Below, piece after piece: positions 17,036 to 25,462 of a stretch of 44,046 nucleotides of DNA. The stretch's first letter is position 1. Each line of letters begins with the position of its first letter. The notes under the pieces were generated by a model, which was given only the letters and a program-made list of their open reading frames with translations, did no database searches and had not been told where the DNA came from. Where the stretch lies: IMG/VR virus record IMGVR_UViG_3300037483_000599, positions 1-44,046 of that record; one strand, 5' to 3'. The position numbers were made by a program, and so were the translations under genes. The stretch comes from a virus (Duplodnaviria; Caudoviricetes).

Positions 17036-18391
17036 GTGGCGCTCACCGGCTGGTCGGCCAGTAACTACCTCACCCGGGCGGCCTCGCCCGGGGGCGAGCC
17101 GGTGTTGTTCTCGGTCTGGGCGTATCGGACGGCGGACGTGGCCGGAAAAGCCATAGATGTCGGCACAAGCGGGTCAGGGAACAACCAGCGGGACTTGATC
17201 CACACCGTCGGTGCCACCATCGCCAGAGTTCGCTCGACCGTCAACGGCATTGCCCAGGCGACCGCCGACTGTCCCCAGGATACATGGAGCCATCTAGCCG
17301 GCGCGTTCGTGTCCGCTACGTCGCGGGAATGCTGGGTGGACGGGGGCAACAAGGGCAGCGATGTGACCTCGATTTCGCCGAGCGCGCCGGACATAACCAG
17401 GATCGGCGTATCGGCGTCCACGATTAGCCCGTGGATGACCGCCGGGGCATTAGCCGAAGTGTCGTTCTGGAACCTCTCGGGGTTTACGGCTACCGACCGC
17501 GACAACCTGGCGGCCAAACTGGCGGCGGGGGAGAACCCGCTGAACATCAACGGCGAGTCGGGGCAGCCCTGGGCCGGGGCGATGCTGGCCTACTCCTCGC
17601 TCAGGACCACGGCCGACATCACCGACGAATCGGGCGGCGGCTTCGACTACTCGATGACCGGGACCCTGACGGCCTTCGGTTCCCATCCGGTCGTTGACCG
17701 CATCATCCCGGCCACCGCTGGCTCGTACGCCGCGGCCGGCGCCGCCGCCGCCACCCTCCTGGGGCTCGTCCTAGCCGCCGGCGCCGCGGCCGGGTCCTAC
17801 GGGGTCACGGGTGCCAACGCTACCACCCTGGTGGGTCGGGTGGGCCAGGCCGACCCCGGGACCTATGCGGTCACCGGTGCCGCCGCAGACACCGCCACAG
17901 CCCGGCTCGAGGCCACCGGCCTCGGGGTCTATTCCCTGGCCGGTGCCGGCGCCACGACGGTCTACGGGTCACCCAACGTCGTCCTGGTGGCCGACCCGGG
18001 CGGCTACGCCGTCACGGGCGCCCCGGCTACGACCATGGCCGACCGTTCCCTGGTGGCCGACCCCGGCGCCCTGGTGGTCACGGGTGCCCCGGTGGACACG
18101 GGCCACGGGTACCTGGCCCAGGCCGACCCGGGCGCCTACAACCTGGACGGCATTTCTGCCGGCACGGCCCGGGCCGGCCTGTTGGTGGCGGACCCCGGGA
18201 CGTACGCCGTGGTCGGCGCCGACGCCGACCTGGCCGCAGGTGGCGTGGTGGTCCTGCCGGACTACCCGGTGGTCGTCGTGGTGGCAGACCAGCGGGTCCT
18301 GGTGGACCTGGACGGCCTGGTGCCCGTGGGGGTGCGGGTCGAGGCCACCGGCGTGGACGTGCTGATACGGAAACGAAACCTAGGGGGGTAG
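17036..18391 (+). CDS. Fibre-like protein: N-terminal LamG/concanavalin-like domain plus ~22-aa repeats
   Basis: 'FSVWAY...WSHLAG...CWVDG...LAEVSFWN'; about 8 copies of ADPGxYAVTGA. Confidence 0.75.
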   Translation: MALTGWSASNYLTRAASPGGEPVLFSVWAYRTADVAGKAIDVGTSGSGNNQRDLIHTVGATIARVRSTVNGIAQATADCPQDTWSHLAGAFVSATSRECWVDGGNKGSDVTSISPSAPDITRIGVSASTISPWMTAGALAEVSFWNLSGFTATDRDNLAAKLAAGENPLNINGESGQPWAGAMLAYSSLRTTADITDESGGGFDYSMTGTLTAFGSHPVVDRIIPATAGSYAAAGAAAATLLGLVLAAGAAAGSYGVTGANATTLVGRVGQADPGTYAVTGAAADTATARLEATGLGVYSLAGAGATTVYGSPNVVLVADPGGYAVTGAPATTMADRSLVADPGALVVTGAPVDTGHGYLAQADPGAYNLDGISAGTARAGLLVADPGTYAVVGADADLAAGGVVVLPDYPVVVVVADQRVLVDLDGLVPVGVRVEATGVDVLIRKRNLGG

Positions 18392-18395
18392 AGCG

Positions 18396-18728
18396 GTGGC
18401 AACGTTCGAGACGAAAAAGGGGTCCCGGGAACCTTCCCTGGTGGCAACCCTGCGACACGCCAACGGCGCGGCCGTAGACCTGACCGGCGCCACGGTGGTC
18501 CTGAACATGGTTCCCCGGGCCGGTGGGCCGGCCAAGGTGACCGCGGCGGCGGTTACCGTCCTGGCACCGGCCACCGCGGGACGGGTCCAGTACGACTGGG
18601 CCGCGGCTGACGTGGACACGGCCGGATGGTACCATGCCGAGTTCAAGGCGACCCTGGGGAACGGCAAGCCCCTGGTGGCCCCGTCCCGCGGGGTCGTCGT
18701 CGTGATGGTCACCGAGCCCGTGGCCTAG
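18396..18728 (+). CDS. BppU N-terminal-like adaptor domain protein
   Basis: 'VDLTGATV...GRVQYDW...DVDTAG.Y.AEF'. Confidence 0.75.
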   Translation: MATFETKKGSREPSLVATLRHANGAAVDLTGATVVLNMVPRAGGPAKVTAAAVTVLAPATAGRVQYDWAAADVDTAGWYHAEFKATLGNGKPLVAPSRGVVVVMVTEPVA

Positions 18729-18734
18729 CGGCCC

Positions 18735-20684
18735 GTGCCGGTTCCCGGGGCGTACCGCGAGGCCCAGGCGGCGGCCCGGGTCCGGCTGCTGGCCGTAGAG
18801 GCGCGGTCGGCCGACCTCATCCTCCGGGCCCTCCGGTCGTTCGCCGTGGACCTAGTCCGCGGCATGACCGGCCTTTCCGCGTCCGAGACCACGGCGTCCC
18901 TGCGGGTCGTGAACCGGGCCGCCAGTCGGCTCCAGGCCCAGGTGGCCCTGGCGACCCGCCAGGGCCGGGACGTGGCGTTCCAGGACATCCTCGGGGTGTG
19001 GCAGGAGGCCAGTCTTGAGGTGGCCGCGGCCCGGCACATTCCCACCAACCTCCTGGGTGGTGTTCGCAACCCACCGTTGACCATGCTGGGCGCCTACGAA
19101 AGCGTGGGCGGCCCGACCCACTGGCGGACCCTGGTCAAGGTGGACGCCATGGACGCCGCGGCCGAGGCGGGGGCGGTGGTGCGCGAGGCCCTGGTGACCG
19201 GCATGGGTCCCGACGAACTGGCCAAGCGGCTACGTCGGTACGTGGTCGGGTCTGAACCGTTCCAGGAGGCGTTCCGGGACACGGGGGTAGACCTGCGCCG
19301 GGTGCCGCCCCAGTACCGGGACGCGGCCCGGCGCATGAAACAGAACGCCGAGCGGATCGCCTTCTCGGAGCTCGGGAATGCCAGGCACGAGGCCGAGGTG
19401 GGCATGTTCCAGGCCGACCCCCTGGTGGGGTTCGTCCGCTGGACCCTGTCCCCGAACCGCGGCACGTTGACCAGGCCGGACGAGTGCGACTACCTGGCCG
19501 TCACCGACTGGTACGGCCTCGGACCCGGTGTCTACCCGGTCCGCCGGGTTCCGGTGAAACCCCACCCGTGGGACCGGTGCGAACTGTTGCCCATCGAGCG
19601 GCCGGTGGCGCAGGCCCAGGAGCCAAAGGTGGACACGGGCCCCAACCCCGCCATGGTCCACGGCAACGCGGCGGCGTTCCGGTTGCCGCGGGACACCGAC
19701 GCTACCAGGGCCCGCGCCTGGGCCCAGGCCCAGCGGTCGGTCCTGGTCGGTGACCGGGTGGGCACCGGTGCCTTGCGACAGGCCCAGCAGGCCGCCACGT
19801 TGGCCCGTGGTGCCGGCGTGCGGTCCCGTCCGGTCCGGTCCTCGGACGACCTGGTGGCCCAGATGCAGACGGTGGCGGCCCGGCGCGAGGACCTGGCGGC
19901 CAAGGCCACGGCCCGGTGGTCGGACCTGTTCAACCGGCAAAGCGACCTCCTGGGCCGCCGCGCTACGTCCTTGGTCAACGGGGACCAGGCCGAGTTTGCC
20001 CGGCTGACCCACGAGGTGACGGCGGTTGACGTGCGGATCGGCATACAGGGCGACCGGGCCCGGGTGTTGCGCCAGGGTGCCCTGGACGCCCAGCGGCGGG
20101 TGTTCTACCAGCCCGAGGGAACGCGGGGCGACCCGTTGCCCATAAAATACCCCGCTGGCGCACGACAGGACGCCGTCCGCAAGGCATGGGACACGGGGTT
20201 TGAGTGGTTGGGTCGGTCCCTGAACCCCCGCTGGCGCGGGGCCTTGGAGGAGGTAGCGGTGGTTCGCGGAACGGCCCGGCGGGCCACCTACGACCACCGG
20301 ACAGGGGCTCGGTCGGCCGTCAACCTCAGCTCCCTGTCCGGTCCCGGGGTGGCGGTGCATGAGGTGGGCCATGCGGTCGAGGCCAACAACCTGGCCGTGA
20401 ACCGGGCAGCCCTGGCGTTCCGCGACCGCCGGGCTCCCGGGGAAACCCCCACCCGGTTGGGGCGTGGGTACCGGCGGGACGAGGTGGCGGTGCGGGACCG
20501 GTTCAAGGACCCCTACTCTGGGAAGGTGTACCGGAACGGCTACCGCAACGGCACCACGCCGACCGAGATTATCAGCATGGGCCTCGAGTACCTGTACGGG
20601 AACCCGATGCAGTTCTGGCGGGACGACCCGGACTATTTCCGGTTCATCGTGGACCTAGTCATAGAGGGGGTGGGTGGTGGCTGA
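18735..20684 (+). CDS. MuF/minor capsid protein with C-terminal zincin (HExxH) extension
   Basis: 'WTLSP...DECD...GLGPGVYP...PHPWDRC' minor-capsid motif; C-terminal HEVGH...EIISMGLE. Confidence 0.8.
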   Translation: MPVPGAYREAQAAARVRLLAVEARSADLILRALRSFAVDLVRGMTGLSASETTASLRVVNRAASRLQAQVALATRQGRDVAFQDILGVWQEASLEVAAARHIPTNLLGGVRNPPLTMLGAYESVGGPTHWRTLVKVDAMDAAAEAGAVVREALVTGMGPDELAKRLRRYVVGSEPFQEAFRDTGVDLRRVPPQYRDAARRMKQNAERIAFSELGNARHEAEVGMFQADPLVGFVRWTLSPNRGTLTRPDECDYLAVTDWYGLGPGVYPVRRVPVKPHPWDRCELLPIERPVAQAQEPKVDTGPNPAMVHGNAAAFRLPRDTDATRARAWAQAQRSVLVGDRVGTGALRQAQQAATLARGAGVRSRPVRSSDDLVAQMQTVAARREDLAAKATARWSDLFNRQSDLLGRRATSLVNGDQAEFARLTHEVTAVDVRIGIQGDRARVLRQGALDAQRRVFYQPEGTRGDPLPIKYPAGARQDAVRKAWDTGFEWLGRSLNPRWRGALEEVAVVRGTARRATYDHRTGARSAVNLSSLSGPGVAVHEVGHAVEANNLAVNRAALAFRDRRAPGETPTRLGRGYRRDEVAVRDRFKDPYSGKVYRNGYRNGTTPTEIISMGLEYLYGNPMQFWRDDPDYFRFIVDLVIEGVGGG

Positions 20685-20958
20685 CCTGACCGCGGCCGGG
20701 ATGGGGTGGGAATGGACCGGGGAACGGTGGGCCCACGTCTCGGGGTCACCCGACCTCGGGGCCGCCCATGTCCAAGTTGTCCTGGACGCCCTGTTCGGTT
20801 CCGATGTCTACCATGCGGGCCCGCCGTCCCCGGCGGATCCGGTGGCCGGCCATGCCGCCCGTGCCGCCCGGTACCTGCGGACCCATGGGTGGCCAGACGC
20901 CGAGGCCCCGGACGAACCGGAGACAGAGGACGGGCTGCCCGAGGGGACGGTCTACTGA
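20674..20958 (+). CDS. Small acidic protein, candidate immunity partner of the MuF C-terminal domain
   Basis: Overlaps the MuF stop; 94 aa with an acidic tail. Confidence 0.55.
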   Translation: MVADLTAAGMGWEWTGERWAHVSGSPDLGAAHVQVVLDALFGSDVYHAGPPSPADPVAGHAARAARYLRTHGWPDAEAPDEPETEDGLPEGTVY

Positions 20959-22049
20959 CCCACGCGCAGGGGCCGCAGGTACCCGGCGAAGTCGGACGAG
21001 CAGAAGGGCCCGCCCACGTACTCGTTAGCCCACGGGTTCCAGGCCATGTCCCCGATGGGCAAGCCAGAGGGGCGCCGCAGGGCCAGGGTTCCCGGGGCCT
21101 GGGATTCGACCACCAGGGCCTCGTCCCCGGCCGTCACGGTGTCTACCACCCCGTCACCCCAGAACCGGACCATGGTCAGGGGGACCGTCAACTGGTACGC
21201 CCCACCCACGCCGACCTGGAACCCCGGGTCCGTCCGGTAGAGAATGCCGGCGGGGCCGGACGCCAGCAACGAGTCCAAACCCTCGGGCGCACCGGTGCCG
21301 CGGCCGACCATGGCGGCGTCCCGGCAGGCGTAGGACACCACCCAGGGGGTGCGGCGCAGGTCCCGAAGGGCGACCAGGGTCACGGTGGCGGTGGCCGGCG
21401 CCGCGGTTACGGTCGCCGTGCCATAACGCTCATCCGTGGACCAGGTGAAGTCGTCGGCCAGGGACCAGTCGGCGGTGACGGCGAAACCCAGCGGGGCGTT
21501 CGGGACGGGGTTCCCAAACCGGTCCGCCACCCGAAAGACGAGGGGGGCCAGGTCAATGCCCACGCCGAGCCAGGTACGGGCGGTGTCGGTCGCCAGGGTC
21601 AGGGTCGCCGGGGCCTCGGGGACCGCGGTCCCGGTGGCCGTGGCGTAAACGATGGGCGTGCCGTCCGACCGCACGGCCCGGGCCTCGAGCCGCTGGGCGC
21701 CGGCCGCGGTTCCGAACGTCCAGACCTCGGCCACCTGTCCCAGGCTGTCGGTCGTGGCCGTGCCGGCGAACACCGACCCGCCACCCTCGACCACGACGAA
21801 CGTTACCACCTGGCCCACCACCGGCACGTCCGCGGCCCCGGACCCGGACAGGCTGGCCCCGGTTCCGGCCAGGACCCGAACGACCAGGGGGGAAACCAGG
21901 GTCTGGCCCACGGTGTCGGTCTGGCCGTTGCCGGCCACGATGTCCAGGCGGGTGGGCGCCAACAGGTCGGAGTCACCACCCGGGCCGGCCGGCGACTCAC
22001 CGCACGCCCACAGGCCCAGGAGAACTGCAATCCACATTGTCGGTTTCAC
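20952..22049 (-). CDS. Ig-like (Big_1) domain lipoprotein, moron
   Basis: Lipobox LWAC; 'IVAGNGQTDTVGQTL..PLVVRV', 'GGGSV...TTDSLG', 'DRFGNPV'; opposite strand with its own promoter. Confidence 0.85.
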   Translation of the reverse strand: MKPTMWIAVLLGLWACGESPAGPGGDSDLLAPTRLDIVAGNGQTDTVGQTLVSPLVVRVLAGTGASLSGSGAADVPVVGQVVTFVVVEGGGSVFAGTATTDSLGQVAEVWTFGTAAGAQRLEARAVRSDGTPIVYATATGTAVPEAPATLTLATDTARTWLGVGIDLAPLVFRVADRFGNPVPNAPLGFAVTADWSLADDFTWSTDERYGTATVTAAPATATVTLVALRDLRRTPWVVSYACRDAAMVGRGTGAPEGLDSLLASGPAGILYRTDPGFQVGVGGAYQLTVPLTMVRFWGDGVVDTVTAGDEALVVESQAPGTLALRRPSGLPIGDMAWNPWANEYVGGPFCSSDFAGYLRPLRVGQ

Positions 22050-22076
22050 GGCCTACCCCTTCAAGGGGACGACGGT

Positions 22077-22106
22077 ACGATACGGCCTCAGGTGACCACG
22101 GCGCAA
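22077..22106 (-). promoter_or_regulatory. Putative promoter of the lipoprotein moron (TTGCGC-18-TATCGT)
   Basis: Read on the minus strand, 28 nt upstream of the GTG start. Confidence 0.5.
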
Positions 22107-22125
22107 GGAGGTAGGCGCACGGGCA

Positions 22126-22155
22126 TTGCGACAGGGCCCGGGACCCGTCTAGGTT
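22126..22155 (+). promoter_or_regulatory. Putative promoter (TTGCGA-18-TAGGTT), leaderless into the 22163 gene
   Basis: ATG lies 7 nt after the -10; no SD. Confidence 0.65.
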
Positions 22156-22162
22156 ACCGCCC

Positions 22163-22813
22163 ATGTTGACCCCGGACGACCTGGCTACCCTCAAGCGCCG
22201 GGCCCGAACACCCCTCCAGCGGTTCGCCCTCGAGGTCCTGAACAGGTACGACGGCCGGCTCGTGACCATGGCGTCCCTGGCCGACGAACTGGTGACGGGC
22301 GCCGAGTATGCGAGAAAGCTGGTCGCACAGCTCGAGCGGGCCGGCCTGGTGCGGTCCACCCGCACGGGTCGCGGGTCCACTATCGCCCTTGTTTCGCAAA
22401 GTGCAAATTACAAGAGCGGACCCTCAGGGGTCCGATCAGAGCGGACCCTCAGGGGTCCGATCAGCCCGAGCCAGCAGATTGGCCTATTTGGTGGACAGAT
22501 TATTACAAGAGCGGACCCCCAGGGGTCCGATCAGAGCGGACCCTGTTGTCCCCCTGGTACCCAGGGTAGCAAGGTAGAGAAGATACCCAGGGCCCAGGAA
22601 CCAGGGCCGACCCCGACCTACGGGCTTGGACCACAGCCGGCCGGTGACTGGGCACGTGATGGCTGGAAGCGGGAACGGGCGCGGCGGGCGCGGCGGGCCG
22701 AGGGGCCGCGGGACGCGGGCGCCGGCACCGACCCCGTGGCCCTGTCGGGACTCATTCCCGGCATCTTGGCGCGGATCCGGGAACGGGCCGCGGCGGTTAC
22801 CCGTGTCGCTTGA
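22163..22813 (+). CDS. Winged-helix protein, probable replication initiator with internal iterons
   Basis: 'TMASLADEL...ARKLVAQLERAGLVRS'; tandem repeats in the middle of the gene, as in lambda O-type initiators. Confidence 0.7.
   Translation: MLTPDDLATLKRRARTPLQRFALEVLNRYDGRLVTMASLADELVTGAEYARKLVAQLERAGLVRSTRTGRGSTIALVSQSANYKSGPSGVRSERTLRGPISPSQQIGLFGGQIITRADPQGSDQSGPCCPPGTQGSKVEKIPRAQEPGPTPTYGLGPQPAGDWARDGWKRERARRARRAEGPRDAGAGTDPVALSGLIPGILARIRERAAAVTRVA
22407..22544. repeat. Iteron-like 25-bp repeats, putative origin
   Basis: AGAGCGGACCC(T/C)CAGGGGTCCGATC at 22413, 22438, 22508 and a partial copy at 22533; each full copy holds the palindrome CGGACCC-N4-GGGTCCG; AT-richer flanks. Confidence 0.85.
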
Positions 22814-22985
22814 ACGTCGGGTGTGGGTCGAGCGGGCCGGGACCTGTGCGGAGTGCCACCACCCGCGCCTAGTCTGGACCGTCGTCCGGGTCGGCCCCGG
22901 CCTGCGGGTGTCCGTCCACCGCCGAGTGACGTGCGGGTGCGTGCCCCCGGCCGAGCCCCTTGCGACAGGTTTCGAAACCCACTAG
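22803..22985 (+). CDS. Small Zn-finger protein
   Basis: CAEC...TCGC; 3' end overlaps promoter P2. Confidence 0.5.
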   Translation: MSLERRVWVERAGTCAECHHPRLVWTVVRVGPGLRVSVHRRVTCGCVPPAEPLATGFETH

Positions 22986-22988
22986 GTT
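22960..22988 (+). promoter_or_regulatory. Putative late promoter P2 (TTGCGA-17-TAGGTT)
   Basis: TTGCGACAGG; upstream of the scaffold/capsid operon. Confidence 0.7.
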
Positions 22989-23038
22989 GGCCCTTCACAT
23001 GTCCTGAGCCGGGCCCGTGCCCGGAGTAGGACCCAAGA

Positions 23039-23099
23039 AGGCCCGAGGTCGGCCCACCGTGGCGGGACATAACCGCCCAGGTGGGCCGTTTCGTGTTTC
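23039..23099 (+). terminator. Leader element L2: AGGCCCGA box plus intrinsic terminator
   Basis: Stem CGGCCCACC(23050-58)/GGTGGGCCG(23080-88), inner GGCGG/CCGCC, then TTTCGTGTTT. Confidence 0.7.
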
Positions 23100-23132
23100 G
23101 GGGACGTGGACCCACACAGGGAGCCAGACGCC

Positions 23133-23858
23133 GTGGCCGACGAAAAGGGCGGAACGCCGACGCCGGGCGACAAGACGGGCGGCGATGGGAAGCCGACGCC
23201 GGGCGACAAGACGACGGGCGGACAGAACCAAGACATCCAGGCCGTCATTGACGGGGTCGTAGCCCGTGAGCGGACGCGGGCCGACAGGGCCATAGCCGAC
23301 CTCAAGGCCGACTTCGAGGCCAAGTTGGCCGAGGCCCAGGGCGGCAAGCCGAAGCCGAAGGCCGGCGACGAGGACGAGGCGTTCAAGGCCAAGGTGGCCG
23401 AGGCGCGGAAGCCGGTCGAGGCCGAACGGGACGCCGAGCGAGAGGCCCGCGGGAAGCTGTCGTCTCGGGTGGCCCGGGCCGAAGTCCAGGCGGCGGCGGT
23501 GCCGGTGTCGGTGGCGCCGGACGACGTGGCCGAAGCCCTGGGGCGGTTCGTCCGGGTGAACGCCGAGGGCGTGACCGAGGTCGTGGACGCCGAGGGAAAG
23601 CCGCGGTACGGGGCCAAGGGGCCCATGACCGTGGTCGAACTGGTGGCCGAACACCTCAAGTCTCGCCCGTACCTGGTGAAGTCAACGGTGCGGTCCGGTG
23701 GGGAGTTCCGGGGGGCTGGGGCCGGTGGTGCCATGACCCTCGAGGACTTCGAGAAGTTGCCGGCCGACGAACAGCGGGCCCTGTACGACCGGGACCCGGT
23801 GACGTGGCGGGCCATGATGGCCGAAAAACGGAAGCGCGGAGAGGCCCGACTGGGCTAG
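23133..23858 (+). CDS. Capsid scaffolding protein
   Basis: Charged coiled coil directly upstream of the capsid gene; 'RPYLVK..GG' pattern; N-terminal PTPGDKT duplication. Confidence 0.8.
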   Translation: MADEKGGTPTPGDKTGGDGKPTPGDKTTGGQNQDIQAVIDGVVARERTRADRAIADLKADFEAKLAEAQGGKPKPKAGDEDEAFKAKVAEARKPVEAERDAEREARGKLSSRVARAEVQAAAVPVSVAPDDVAEALGRFVRVNAEGVTEVVDAEGKPRYGAKGPMTVVELVAEHLKSRPYLVKSTVRSGGEFRGAGAGGAMTLEDFEKLPADEQRALYDRDPVTWRAMMAEKRKRGEARLG

Positions 23859-23899
23859 GTTCCGCACCACGGCAACCCTGAACACGAGGTAGCAGGAAC

Positions 23900-24763
23900 A
23901 TGGCGGACACCGTCAAGGCGGGAATGTTCGTGCCGGAGATCGCCACCGAGGTGGCCACGGCCGAGTTCCCCAACAAGCTGGTACTGGCCGCTTCCCCCGC
24001 GGTCGTGCCCATCCCGGCCGACACGCTGGGAAGCGAAGGGGATCTCATCAAGTTCCCCCGCTACAACCCGCTGGCCGAGTTCGATGAGATCAGCGAGGGG
24101 GTGTCCCTGACCCCCGAAGCCCTCCGAACCTCCCAGGACTTCGCGCCCGTGTTCCAGGGCGGCAAGGCGGTGGAAATCACCGACTTCGCCAGCCTGGCGG
24201 CCCGGGGTGACCCGTCCACGGAGGTGGGCCGGCAGATCGCCGAGCTCGCGGCCCGGTACGTGGACAACAAGCTCGTGCTCGAGGCCGAGACCACGGCCCT
24301 AGTGAAGGACATCACCGGGGAAACCCTCAAGACGTTCAACTACGACTCCTTCGTGGATGCCATCCTGGACAAGTGGGGCGACAAGGCCTTCGACGCCATC
24401 GGCGCCCTGGTCGTGCACCCGGTCCAGCTCAAGGCCATCTTGAAGGATACCAACTTCACCAAGGCCAACGAGACGGGTCAGGCGCAGTCCCCGCGCATCA
24501 TCGGCCTGCGGGCCATCGGCCTGTACCTCGGATATCCCCTGTTCGTGTCGGGTCGTATCACCGTCAACGCGGGGTCGCCCAACACCTACGACGCCCTGAT
24601 CCTCAAGGCCGGTGCCCTGGGCTTCCGCTACCAGCGGTCCCTGCTGGTCGAGAACGACCGGGACATCCTGGCCAAGTCCGACGTGATCGCGGCGGACGTG
24701 CGGGGGGCGGTCCACCTGCACTTCGGCGAGCCCCTGCCGGCCATCCGGTTCCGCACCCAGTAA
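23900..24763 (+). CDS. Major capsid protein (HK97 fold)
   Basis: 'FVPEI', 'GDLIKFPRY', 'EG..L', 'GKAVEITD', 'LVVHP.Q', 'VENDRDI'; strongly biased codon usage. Confidence 0.9.
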   Translation: MADTVKAGMFVPEIATEVATAEFPNKLVLAASPAVVPIPADTLGSEGDLIKFPRYNPLAEFDEISEGVSLTPEALRTSQDFAPVFQGGKAVEITDFASLAARGDPSTEVGRQIAELAARYVDNKLVLEAETTALVKDITGETLKTFNYDSFVDAILDKWGDKAFDAIGALVVHPVQLKAILKDTNFTKANETGQAQSPRIIGLRAIGLYLGYPLFVSGRITVNAGSPNTYDALILKAGALGFRYQRSLLVENDRDILAKSDVIAADVRGAVHLHFGEPLPAIRFRTQ

Positions 24764-24766
24764 CCA

Positions 24767-24804
24767 GTTCCGGGGCCCGGGCCACCATGGTCCGGGTCCC
24801 GGAA
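24767..24804 (+). other. Long hairpin after the capsid gene (mRNA stabiliser or attenuator)
   Basis: GTTCCGGG...CCCGGAAC inverted repeat with no U-tract. Confidence 0.45.
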
Positions 24805-24844
24805 CCTACCGCCCGGGCGACCCGGGCACGGGAGAACAAGGACC

Positions 24845-25189
24845 ATGTACCACTTCCGCAAGACCCTGGGCGCGACCGGTGACAGCATCGAGTTCCCGAT
24901 CCCCCAGGACGGCCGCAGCTACTGGCTCCTGTGGACCGTCGAGGCCCTGGTGGCCCTCGTCGGCACCCTCCAGGTCCAGGTGGACGGGGCCGCCAAGACC
25001 ACCGTGACCCGCAAGGTCGGGGACGTTCCCACCGGTGCCGGCACGCCGGCCGCCGCGGACGCCACGGCCCAGGGCGAGTTCAACACCAACCTGGGCGCCG
25101 CGGGCGTCAAAAACGGCAAGATCGTGTTCGCGGCCTACACGTCCGGCAAGGTGGACGTGGTGGGCTACCTGATCCCGAACCTGGCGTAA
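24845..25189 (+). CDS. Putative capsid decoration/structural protein
   Basis: Beta-rich 114 aa after the capsid gene; strong SD. Confidence 0.6.
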   Translation: MYHFRKTLGATGDSIEFPIPQDGRSYWLLWTVEALVALVGTLQVQVDGAAKTTVTRKVGDVPTGAGTPAAADATAQGEFNTNLGAAGVKNGKIVFAAYTSGKVDVVGYLIPNLA

Positions 25190-25276
25190 GCCGCCGGGGA
25201 CCAGAACTGAAACCGTGACAACGGCGCGGGGTGGTGGGTAGAGCCCCACCACCCCGCCAGAGTGAGAGGGAACGAC

Positions 25277-25462
25277 ATGGGAATCGGAACCCTGCGGCGC
25301 CGGCACCGGCCAAAGCTGTCGCCCGCCACCGAGGCAGAGAAGCCGGCCAAGGCGTCCAAGGCGCCGAAACCTCCGAAGGCACCGAAGCCCCCCAAGGCTC
25401 CGGCGGCCCCGAAGGTCCCGGAACCCGAGACGGCGCCGGGCACGACGACCCAGGAGAGCTAG
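25277..25462 (+). CDS. Small Pro/Lys-rich protein
   Basis: 'MGIGTLRRRH' followed by KAPKPP repeats. Confidence 0.6.
   Translation: MGIGTLRRRHRPKLSPATEAEKPAKASKAPKPPKAPKPPKAPAAPKVPEPETAPGTTTQES

Noticed and set aside
22407-22544. CRISPR mini-array
   Set aside because: The repeats are directly adjacent without unique spacers, lie within an ORF, and there are no cas genes.
23842-23849. Additional AGGCCCGA at the end of the scaffold gene
   Set aside because: No second box, terminator or upstream promoter; probably incidental.
25225-25257. Rho-independent terminator (GCGGGGTGGTGGG/CCCACCACCCCGC)
   Set aside because: The hairpin is strong but has no U-tract on either strand; more likely an mRNA-stabilising stem, so not called.
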